Of a stretch of 64,000 nucleotides of DNA, positions 38,703-47,323 are shown one piece after another; position 1 is the first letter of the stretch, and every line of letters starts with the position of its first letter. A program made the translations under genes and the position numbers. The DNA is from Candidatus Bathyarchaeota archaeon. Lineage in GTDB: Archaea > Thermoproteota > Bathyarchaeia > Bathyarchaeales > Bathycorpusculaceae. The notes under the pieces are model-generated. The model saw nothing but the letters and a program-made list of their open reading frames with translations. It was not told the DNA's origin and made no database searches. Location of the stretch: contig CAVZIW010000006.1 of NCBI GenBank assembly GCA_963775465.1, positions 252,755 through 316,754 of the forward strand, in the 5' to 3' direction.

Positions 38703-38878
38703 TGGTGGGGCCGGCCGGATTTGAACCGACGACCTTTACCCAAGAGCCGCGCTAAGCGGCTCTTTACGGGTTTCTTCATGACCGCTCCGGAGATTCGTCA
38801 TTCTCCTTGCGGAGTCAGCAAACCCGTGTGTGTTTGCTCTCTGGAGCCCGTCGTCATACCTGTCTAGACTACGACCCC
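38703..38878 (-). tRNA. tRNA-Trp(CCA) with two introns (37/38, 69 nt; 43/44, 30 nt), CCA end encoded
   Basis: Acceptor GGGGTCG/CGGCCCC-A-CCA, anticodon arm ACGGG-CT-CCA-G|A-CCCGT, T arm GTCGG-TTCAAAT-CCGGC. Removing 38772-38840 and 38736-38765 gives a 77-nt cloverleaf with variable loop AGGTC. Confidence 0.9.
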
Positions 38879-39037
38879 ACCCTGTCTAGCACAAACCAGA
38901 ATAGTTAACCCACACCCATAAAAATATTTCATTATAATTAAAATTCTTTGGCTGCTTGTTTTTAGAAATGCTTACCTAAGTATTTAGCTAGTCGAATATT
39001 ATCGGGTTTATTTAGGCAGTTGTCTTGGCTAATGAGG

Positions 39038-39733
39038 CTATTCGAGTATCATTCTGGCATCCACTGTTTTTGCACCTATTTTGTATGCCATGACGGGGTT
39101 AAGGTCTAACTCTTTAATTTCTGGGTGCGCCATAACTAAACGGGATACGTTGCATAGAATTTTCGTAAGCGCATTAATATCTGCTGGAGGTGTATTGCGA
39201 TATCCATTGAGAAGTGGAAACGCTTTCAGTTGCGTAATCATTTCTTTCGCATCTTGGTTTGTTAATGGGGCAACACGGAAGTTTACATCTTTTAGAAGCT
39301 CCACGAATATGCCCCCAAGTCCGAACATTATGGTTTGTCCAAACTGTTGGTCTTTGATTGCTCCTATAATGACTTCGGTAGCTTGAGGAGCCATCTCTTG
39401 AACTAGAACGCCAACGATTTTTGCATTATCTTTGTATTTCGTTACTTTTTTGATGATTTCTTTGTATGCTGCAGTAACTTCTTGAGTGTTTTTTAGGTTA
39501 ACCATAACTCCTCCTGCATCGGATTTGTGGATTATGTCGGGTGAGACGATTTTAAGGACGATAGGGTATCCAATTAGGTCAGCTTGTACGGCGGCTTCTT
39601 TTTCGTCTTTTGCCAGGTTAAATTTGGTGACTGGAATGGAATATTGGTTGCATATTGTTTTCGCTTCGGTTTCTAGAAGTGTTTTTCGGCCTTCGCTATA
39701 GACTTGGTTAATAATTTTTGCGGTTTGGTTCAT
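39038..39733 (-). CDS. ADP-forming acetate/acyl-CoA synthetase beta subunit (ATP-grasp)
   Basis: L.E.EAK, GYPIVLKIVSPDIIHKSDAGGV, VLVQEM, FG..IMFGLGGIFVE, ELDLNPV...DARM. Confidence 0.9.
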   Translation of the reverse strand: MNQTAKIINQVYSEGRKTLLETEAKTICNQYSIPVTKFNLAKDEKEAAVQADLIGYPIVLKIVSPDIIHKSDAGGVMVNLKNTQEVTAAYKEIIKKVTKYKDNAKIVGVLVQEMAPQATEVIIGAIKDQQFGQTIMFGLGGIFVELLKDVNFRVAPLTNQDAKEMITQLKAFPLLNGYRNTPPADINALTKILCNVSRLVMAHPEIKELDLNPVMAYKIGAKTVDARMILE

Positions 39734-39910
39734 GTTGGCTTCTTCCGTCAGGTTTTTTATATATTGTTATTTTATTGGTTTTAATTAATTGTTTGTTCTT
39801 TGTTTGGTTAGAATGGTGTTGTAGTTGTGTTGTACTGATTGCTAATATGTTGTAGTGAGACATAATACTTAATAGGATTGAACTTACCAAAACTGTAATA
39901 CAGATCAACA

Positions 39911-41650
39911 ATGCAACAATCAAGCATCAAGAAAAAAATGAAAGAAACAAACGACAAACTTAAGCTGAAAGCAGCCAACCTCAAACAAAGCCTAAAAAAA
40001 TCAAAAGCAAAAAACAAACAGAATGAAGCCAAACCATCAGTTGCCCATAAGGAACACCGCCTCCCAACTATCAAATTTTCCAGATCTAAACGAAAAACTA
40101 ATGTTTCTGAGCCAGAACCTCAAATAGCACCTAAATCTTTACCCAAAGGAATTAAAATCGTTGAAAAATATCCGTTATACGAGCCATTTGCTCAAGTTGC
40201 AATAGTACAAGACCCTAAAACAGGAGAACACAAATACATCCTAGATGAACTTCAACTTGACTCGATGGAACGTGGAATTTACAGTCGCATCTTAGAAATG
40301 CTCTTGGCAGAAATTGAATCACCTAAAGAAGAAATAACTGATCCTCGTAAGTTCTTTGCTAATGAAGCCAAAAAAGTGGTTGACAAATATCGAATTAGCC
40401 TCGGCTGGCTTCCCGATGTTTCTTGGTACAAAATCCTATATCACGCAGAACGCGACCTTGTTGGTTTTGGTAAAATCGATCCTTTGATGCGGGATCCAAA
40501 TATAGAAGACATTTCGTGCGACGGAGTAAACAAACCTGTTTATGTTTGGCACCGAACTTTTGAAAGTATAGAAACAAACCTCCAGTTCGAAGGCGACGAA
40601 GACTTAGATAATCTAGTCGTAAAACTTGTCCATATGGCAGGTAAACACGTAAGCAGCGCTTTTCCAATTGTTGATGCTTCGCTTCCAGGTAAGCATAGAC
40701 TTGCTGTAGCCTATAGACGAGAAATCACACCATTCGGAACTGCATTTACAATTCGAAAGTTCCGCGAAGACCCATATTCAATAATTGACCTAATCAATAT
40801 TGGAACCTTCACAGAAGAAATGGCAGCTTATTTGTGGGTTTGCCTTGAAAACCGCGCCTCAGTCATGGTTCTCGGAGGAACTGCAGCGGGAAAAACTACT
40901 GCCTTAAACGCATTAGGATGTTTAGTCAGACCTGGTAGCAAAATAATGACCATAGAAGAAACTGCGGAACTAAATTTGTCGCATGAGAACTGGGTTTCTC
41001 TAATTGCACGGCAAAGTTATGGTTTAGGTGGTAGCGGCGTTGGCGAAGTTGCGCTCTTTGATTTGGTTAAGACCTGCATGAGACACCGTCCGGATCTAAT
41101 GATAGTAGGCGAAGTCAGAGGGCAAGAAGCCTATGTTCTATTTCAGGCTCTGGCTACAGGCCACGGTGGCATGTGTACTATGCACGCGGAAAACGTTCAA
41201 TCAGCTGTGCAGCGTCTCACTCAAAAACCAATGGATATCTCACCGGCTTACATTCCGTTAATGAACATTGTTATGTCTGTACAACGTGTTCACTTAGTCA
41301 AAAATGGTGAAAAGAGAGCTTATCGTCGCATACTTTCTTTGAACGAAGTAATGGATCATGAAACTTTCAAAAATCCCTTCAAATGGGATCCAATCAAAGA
41401 TGAACAAATCGTAGATTTAGATTCTAGCTTTCTCTTAACAAATTTTGCTGGAAGATTAGGCAAAACTCGAAATGAATTAATCGAAGAGCTAACTAATCGA
41501 ACCAACGTTTTACGATGGATGCGACAGCAAAACATCCGCAGCTACAAAGAAGTCGCTTCAATAATCGCAGAATACTACGCTAGACCCAAAGAAATGTACA
41601 ATAAGATCATCGAGTCCGCGGAGGTTAATCGAGTTGCCGCTTCTAGGTAA
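39911..41650 (+). CDS. Type IV pilus/archaellum-family assembly ATPase (VirB11/FlaI-like)
   Basis: DPNIEDISCDG, FTIRKF, Walker A GGTAAGKTT, IEET.EL, RHRPD..IVGEVRG.EA, TGHG...TMHA. Confidence 0.92.
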   Translation: MQQSSIKKKMKETNDKLKLKAANLKQSLKKSKAKNKQNEAKPSVAHKEHRLPTIKFSRSKRKTNVSEPEPQIAPKSLPKGIKIVEKYPLYEPFAQVAIVQDPKTGEHKYILDELQLDSMERGIYSRILEMLLAEIESPKEEITDPRKFFANEAKKVVDKYRISLGWLPDVSWYKILYHAERDLVGFGKIDPLMRDPNIEDISCDGVNKPVYVWHRTFESIETNLQFEGDEDLDNLVVKLVHMAGKHVSSAFPIVDASLPGKHRLAVAYRREITPFGTAFTIRKFREDPYSIIDLINIGTFTEEMAAYLWVCLENRASVMVLGGTAAGKTTALNALGCLVRPGSKIMTIEETAELNLSHENWVSLIARQSYGLGGSGVGEVALFDLVKTCMRHRPDLMIVGEVRGQEAYVLFQALATGHGGMCTMHAENVQSAVQRLTQKPMDISPAYIPLMNIVMSVQRVHLVKNGEKRAYRRILSLNEVMDHETFKNPFKWDPIKDEQIVDLDSSFLLTNFAGRLGKTRNELIEELTNRTNVLRWMRQQNIRSYKEVASIIAEYYARPKEMYNKIIESAEVNRVAASR

Positions 41651-43355
41651 ATTAGAAGCTCTATCTTTTCGCCTTTTTGGGCGTTTTGCTCCTTACTTAA
41701 TTCGAAAATTCTTTCCCAAAACTAAGAGTTCACTTGAAAAAGGACGGGTTAAGATTTATCATGAAACATATATTTCCCTAATGCTTTTCGTTGCCTTGTT
41801 AACCGTACCTGTTTCCGTTGTTGCAGGAATTATATCAATATACTTTGGGATTCTTCCACTTTTAACCTTGGTTTTTCTCCCCGTCTTTGTCGTTGCTGGT
41901 TTTCTAGTTGTGCCATTGAATAATGCGAGCGACCGATCAGGAGGATTAGAGCGAGAAATTCCGTTCGCAGCCGCATACGTAAGTGTTATGTCAGCAGGAG
42001 GCATAGCGCCTTACACCAGTTTCAAACGTTTAACCGAAGTCGATTTAATGCCTGCAATGAGTAAGGAAGCAAAAGACATCGTTAAAGAGGTAGAGGTCTT
42101 TGGCGTTGACCCATTGACGGCGCTTGAAGTTGCAGCTAAGAAAACACCGCTGGATCTTTTCAAAGATTTCCTAGGTGGTTATGCCTCAACAGTTATCATT
42201 GGAGGCGACATAGGACACTACCTTGAACGTAAAGCTGAAGATATCTTTAAAAACAGAGCCCTTAGAGTTAAAGCTGCTGCTGAACGCTTAGGAATGCTTC
42301 TTGAAACGTTTATTATCGTTATGGTTATGATGTCGCTTTGTTTCTATATCCTGTTTGCTGTAAACAACATTCAAACTCCCAACGCGAACGCTGATATATC
42401 CTCATATTCAGGCATTTTGTTATACACTTTCATCTTTACGCCTATGTTGTCAATGCTTTTCATCTATCTTGCTCATAGCATGCAACCAAAAACTCCACTG
42501 GTAGATATGCGTCCTTACAAAGTATTCGCAGTATCTGGTGTTATGGCAATAGTTGTCTTTCTATTGCTCACTAACTTCATGGGTACAATGCAACTACCAA
42601 TCTTCACTACTCTCCAAAACTTGGGTGTTGACATAACGATAGCTCTGTCTATTTCACTTATGATTTCAGTAGGACCAGCTGCTATAGTGCATATGAGAGC
42701 TACAAAAATAAAAAACAGTATGGAGCTTGGCGTAGCAAACTTTCTCAGAGACCTTACTGAGGTGAGGAAAACTGGGCTGTCACCAGAAAAATGCATTGAG
42801 AGTCTGTCTAAGAGAGACTATGGTTCATTTACCAGAGAACTGCGTAAAATTAGCTCCGAGATATCATGGGGCGTGCCAGTAAAGAAAGTTATGATGGATT
42901 TTCTTCATCGCACAAAGAGTTGGATGACGCAAATAGTCATGTTTCTACTAGTTGAGACTATAGACGTAGGCGGCGGTACAATACCCATGATTGAATCTCT
43001 GGCGCGTTTTAATAACATGACTCAGGAAGTAGAGAAAGAAAAGAAAATGTCCGTAAGGCCTTACGTATTGATGCCTTATCTTGCGTCAGTGTTGCTTGTT
43101 GCAACGACTGTAATGATGATGGGGTTAACTACAGGGATCGCTGTGCCAGGTGTTGAAACAGCAGCTGCACCAGATAACGGTTTAATGCAAACTGTATTCA
43201 TGACTGCAGTCATTTTCAATAGTTATCTTATAGGCATAGTCGCAGGGAAAATCAGTGAAGAATCAATTGGAGCTGGCTTCAAACATGCTACAATACTCGT
43301 GCTGATCTCAATAATAGCTGCTAAGTTGATTCCACAATTCGTAAAACTAGGATAG
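41634..43355 (+). CDS. Type IV pilus membrane platform protein (TadC/FlaJ-like, two T2SSF domains)
   Basis: Overlaps the ATPase gene. Two GspF-type repeats (EREIPFA...G.DPLTALE; FLRDLTE..KTG.SPE) with TM helices. Confidence 0.88.
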   Translation: MPLLGKLEALSFRLFGRFAPYLIRKFFPKTKSSLEKGRVKIYHETYISLMLFVALLTVPVSVVAGIISIYFGILPLLTLVFLPVFVVAGFLVVPLNNASDRSGGLEREIPFAAAYVSVMSAGGIAPYTSFKRLTEVDLMPAMSKEAKDIVKEVEVFGVDPLTALEVAAKKTPLDLFKDFLGGYASTVIIGGDIGHYLERKAEDIFKNRALRVKAAAERLGMLLETFIIVMVMMSLCFYILFAVNNIQTPNANADISSYSGILLYTFIFTPMLSMLFIYLAHSMQPKTPLVDMRPYKVFAVSGVMAIVVFLLLTNFMGTMQLPIFTTLQNLGVDITIALSISLMISVGPAAIVHMRATKIKNSMELGVANFLRDLTEVRKTGLSPEKCIESLSKRDYGSFTRELRKISSEISWGVPVKKVMMDFLHRTKSWMTQIVMFLLVETIDVGGGTIPMIESLARFNNMTQEVEKEKKMSVRPYVLMPYLASVLLVATTVMMMGLTTGIAVPGVETAAAPDNGLMQTVFMTAVIFNSYLIGIVAGKISEESIGAGFKHATILVLISIIAAKLIPQFVKLG

Positions 43356-43368
43356 GAGGAAAAGCAAA

Positions 43369-44235
43369 ATTCAGAACAGCCATCGTCTAAGATTATGCAG
43401 AGACAAGAAAGCTGCGAGTCCAGCTATTTCAACGGTTATTTTGACTGCAGCTGTCATCGTTTTGATAATGGTAGCGATGACTTACGCACAGAACATCTTG
43501 ACACTTAAAGTGGCTGAAAACGAATTCACTTCGAACAAACAGTTCCTTCAAACAACTGGGGATCAAATTGACGACGTAGCTTGGTCAATAGGACGAACGC
43601 AGACAATCAGTTATTCGAGCAGGTACGGAAATGTTCAGTTTAAAGACGTTGCCCTAAACTACACATTCAGTATAAGCTCCAATGACGGCAATGACTGGGA
43701 AGATCTATCCTTTGATGGTACAACTGGAATTATCATGTTTAATATGCCTGTTCGTTCATATTCGATAGGTAATGGCTATTTTGAACGAATACCCTCGACC
43801 GCCAATAGTTCCTTCTTGTTGTCTGATTCTTCTTCACCCATAAGTCAGGTGATATGTGAAGAAAAACTTCCCATGAACGATGGCAGTTTCAGTCGGATAG
43901 TGTTAGTTCCAACAATGCGGATGCTTACATCGTCAATAGTTAATTCTCAGAGTCAAACTACAAATTACTTTAAGTTTTATCTGCCATCTCTCGATAATGG
44001 TACAAATCGTTACTTGTCTCAGTCGATAACTTTGACCGGAGACGGAATTTCTAAAATCACTAGAAGTGGCGTGGACCAAATTAGAATAAACGTAACTTTC
44101 CCACAGTCTGATTCTCTTGGTTTGGATTCTTCTTTCTTCCAATTTCAGAGTGACTCTGTAAGTCTTACTCTTCCGCAAGATTCGGTTGTTGAATTCTATA
44201 CTGGTAAAGTCGTTGTTGCGATCGGACAGGTGTAA
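43369..44235 (+). CDS. Pilin-like protein with class III signal peptide
   Basis: Upstream extension from an ATT at 43369 (GGAGG at 43355-59; in-frame TAG at 43348) gives ...RDKKA/ASPAISTVILTAAVIVLIMVA. Confidence 0.75.
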   Translation: MQNSHRLRLCRDKKAASPAISTVILTAAVIVLIMVAMTYAQNILTLKVAENEFTSNKQFLQTTGDQIDDVAWSIGRTQTISYSSRYGNVQFKDVALNYTFSISSNDGNDWEDLSFDGTTGIIMFNMPVRSYSIGNGYFERIPSTANSSFLLSDSSSPISQVICEEKLPMNDGSFSRIVLVPTMRMLTSSIVNSQSQTTNYFKFYLPSLDNGTNRYLSQSITLTGDGISKITRSGVDQIRINVTFPQSDSLGLDSSFFQFQSDSVSLTLPQDSVVEFYTGKVVVAIGQV

Positions 44236-44252
44236 CAGATGGAGGTAGAAAA

Positions 44253-44732
44253 ATGGCTCATATAACAATTGAATATATGATCTTCATACCTGTTCTTATC
44301 GCGCAAATTTTCCTATTTCCATTAACAGCTACTATTATAATGAATAGCTGGGAGGATTCTAGACAGGTTCTCGAGCTTCAGCAAACCGCTGGGAATTTGG
44401 GTAGTTCCATACAGCAACTTTACTACACTATGAATCGCGATACTGTTTCTGAGGGTACTATGAGAATCATTCTAAGTGTTCCATCATTTATAGACGGTCG
44501 GGTTTATACCACTATACTTAGTCATGTGACTGCTTCAGAAACATCCTATGAAATTATGAATGTCACACTCAGACTTGTGGGCACAACAAGTCAAGCTTCA
44601 ACTTTAGTTACTCTAGGCCCAAATGTTGATTGGCAAGAAAACATGTCTTTTAACAGTACAGCTCATTCAATTAGTGTTGTTGCAAACAAAACAGCTAACT
44701 CCATCTGGTTGTCTTTTGGAGGTGTTAGCTAA
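44253..44732 (+). CDS. Minor pilin-like protein
   Basis: MAHITIEYMIFIPVLIAQIFLF: a hydrophobic helix with Glu near +5. GGAGG SD. Confidence 0.7.
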   Translation: MAHITIEYMIFIPVLIAQIFLFPLTATIIMNSWEDSRQVLELQQTAGNLGSSIQQLYYTMNRDTVSEGTMRIILSVPSFIDGRVYTTILSHVTASETSYEIMNVTLRLVGTTSQASTLVTLGPNVDWQENMSFNSTAHSISVVANKTANSIWLSFGGVS

Positions 44733-44734
44733 GT

Positions 44735-45973
44735 ATGGCTAGTGCAACTGTTGATCACATGATTTCATTGACGGTTTTAATTGCTGCTTTGTTAATTTTT
44801 ATTGGGCTCTTTAGTCAAACAATGCAGACAGGGCTCGCTTATGAACGTCACTCTGCATTGTCCACTAAAACAAGCGACATTTTAGACACTATTCTGCTCA
44901 ATCCAGGCTTACCAACAACTTGGGGACAAAGTGATAATGCCCCCTTGGGATTTGGGTTGCAAGATCCAGCTTACCGCCAATATTTAGTTAGTCCGTTTTC
45001 ACCCATGCGGCTTTCTTCCTCTTCAGATTCAGTAGTTTACTATCCACGTTTAGATTCATATTATAGTAATAATACCGCTGGGTTCGGCGGTTATTTGTAC
45101 GTACCGAAAGCCCAGACTGTAAACGAATCCACAGTGTCAAGACTCTTGGGGATAAATGGCACTTATGGTTTTCAAATTGTCTTGATGCCTACTTTAACGA
45201 TTTCTATCCAAAAAATCTCTTTGGGATCGCCCCTACAATTTGCAGTTAGTGTTGATGGAATTGGCTCTCCTCTTGCTAATTCACCAGTAACCTATAGTCT
45301 TATAACTGTAAATCAGGAGGGCAACGAGTATCCTTCTTACACTTTAGCTAAAGGCACAACTCTTACAGATTCTGCAGGTAAAGCGCAACTTCCTTCTTTT
45401 TCAGGAATAAATGGAGAGACCCAATCTTACGCACTGATCGTTTACAGCAATCTTAACGGCTTTAAGGGTATGGGGTACTATGTGCACGTTCCTACTTCTT
45501 CTACTAAAAGTGTTATTCCTTTGATTGATAGTTTTGAAAACCAAGAGATACTGTTGGTGCATAGTGATTCTCTTGGAAATCACCAAGTCAACCCGGATTC
45601 CTCTCAAATATCCTATAATGCATCTTTTGTGATTCTAGCTGAAGATTACAATTTGCGACAGATTCAATTAAATCAGCCTGCTGAGGTTGGAGAATTAACT
45701 TATGGCTCTGGACCCGGACAAGATTATGCTTACCTAACTGTTCCTAACACTGACGGCATCTTGCTTGTAACCTATAAGGATACTTCTTCGGGAGAATATG
45801 GGGTTGGTTTGATGCCTTGGGGTTTAGGCTCTCTTGCTTTTCCCTTAGTTTTTGGAGGAGACGACACAGGTCACGATTGGGTTACCACTGACCTTCGCCA
45901 AGTTACGGTTGGTGGGATCACGTATCAGGCTAAACTTGAATTATGGGAACTATCGTTCCAGGGGATAAGCTAA
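44735..45973 (+). CDS. Large pilin-like / adhesin protein
   Basis: MASATVDHMISLTVLIAALLIF N-terminal helix and LLNPGLP..WG motif. Operonic. Confidence 0.65.
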   Translation: MASATVDHMISLTVLIAALLIFIGLFSQTMQTGLAYERHSALSTKTSDILDTILLNPGLPTTWGQSDNAPLGFGLQDPAYRQYLVSPFSPMRLSSSSDSVVYYPRLDSYYSNNTAGFGGYLYVPKAQTVNESTVSRLLGINGTYGFQIVLMPTLTISIQKISLGSPLQFAVSVDGIGSPLANSPVTYSLITVNQEGNEYPSYTLAKGTTLTDSAGKAQLPSFSGINGETQSYALIVYSNLNGFKGMGYYVHVPTSSTKSVIPLIDSFENQEILLVHSDSLGNHQVNPDSSQISYNASFVILAEDYNLRQIQLNQPAEVGELTYGSGPGQDYAYLTVPNTDGILLVTYKDTSSGEYGVGLMPWGLGSLAFPLVFGGDDTGHDWVTTDLRQVTVGGITYQAKLELWELSFQGIS

Positions 45974-47323
45974 ATGATTCGAACAATAGAAGTTCTTTTT
46001 ACAATTATAATAATCGCGGGTGCATTCATCGCAGTTTCATATTTCACAGTCTTGCCCCCGCCAAGTCAAGTCTCTCCAATGAACCTTAGGCGGTTATCTT
46101 TTACCACTTTGCAGACACTGAATTCAAACTACGACTTAAGTAATGCTGCTTTCCAGCCAGACAATGCTTCACTTTGGGGCGGAATGCAAGTTGCACTTTC
46201 AGCTTCTCTGCCGTCTAATGTTGTGTACAACTTGACTGTGTATGATGTGAATGGTGATGATGGGCAAATCTACAATTCTGTAACATCTGTTGCGAATACC
46301 CAAAACTTAGGAGCGACCTCAGATATGTCAACATATACCGTAGCTTCTCTAAACGTTACTTTCAGTTTTTCTCCCCAGAAAATCGGTGAAGGAACCAACG
46401 GAGGCACATTGTACATTTTGAATTGTAGTGATGCAAACGGTTGGTGGATTACTGGCTACACGGCACAGGGTCTAGCGCAAGATCTCTACAATCTATTATC
46501 GCCATATTTTGTTAACACTATAATGGTTCAAAATACAGCTCAGCTCAGACAATTAATCGATAATCAGACGATTTCCAGCTCACCCAGCGAGCGAGTTCAA
46601 AACGCTGTCGTTATCAATACTTTTGGCGAAAGCGTTCCAATGCCTCAGGAGTACTATCAAGGGAATTCAAGAGCAAGTCTGGGTTATGATTCGAGTGCTC
46701 CAAGCGGTTACAACTATGTTAAATACTGTTATACTCTGGGAAGTACTGTTCGCACTTACAATTGGACTTGGGCTAGCATTGTCGGTTATCCCTTTTATTA
46801 TGTTAGCAACAATGCTGTTTTTTCCAGTAGTCAGAATGGTTGGGGGATTTATGGGATGAAAATGACAAGCACAGGCGGTTCAAGAGCTTTTCTCCAAGGC
46901 TTAGCTAATCAACCTTACAGTTATGATAGCAGGGGTGTTGCTAGCGACGTTGGAGGCGTTACGCTTACGAACCAAGCAATTGACTTCACCAACTATTATG
47001 GAATTTACCCTTCCTCATATCAAACATCTACTAGAGCTCTATCTAATTCGATATTGGCAGGTTATGATTTAACCATCGGATTTAATGTTTTTAATCCCGT
47101 GGGAACCAATAATCCCGGTGCAATATACAATCACAAAGCGTCAGGATCATCGGATATTACAGGGTCACTTCTAGCGTTAGGTTTAACCCGAACACCTGAT
47201 GTCCGGGTCACAGGTTTGGGTCTTTTGTCTTATTATCAACCCAGACTCTATTCTTCTCAATATACAGCCAATGGAACTTCACGACTAGTAGTTTTACAGT
47301 TAGGTTTAGTAGGGAGTGCTTAG
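45974..47323 (+). CDS. Large pilin-like / adhesin protein
   Basis: MIRTIEVLFTIIIIAGAFIA N-terminal helix and S/T/N-rich extracellular body. Operonic. Confidence 0.65.
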   Translation: MIRTIEVLFTIIIIAGAFIAVSYFTVLPPPSQVSPMNLRRLSFTTLQTLNSNYDLSNAAFQPDNASLWGGMQVALSASLPSNVVYNLTVYDVNGDDGQIYNSVTSVANTQNLGATSDMSTYTVASLNVTFSFSPQKIGEGTNGGTLYILNCSDANGWWITGYTAQGLAQDLYNLLSPYFVNTIMVQNTAQLRQLIDNQTISSSPSERVQNAVVINTFGESVPMPQEYYQGNSRASLGYDSSAPSGYNYVKYCYTLGSTVRTYNWTWASIVGYPFYYVSNNAVFSSSQNGWGIYGMKMTSTGGSRAFLQGLANQPYSYDSRGVASDVGGVTLTNQAIDFTNYYGIYPSSYQTSTRALSNSILAGYDLTIGFNVFNPVGTNNPGAIYNHKASGSSDITGSLLALGLTRTPDVRVTGLGLLSYYQPRLYSSQYTANGTSRLVVLQLGLVGSA

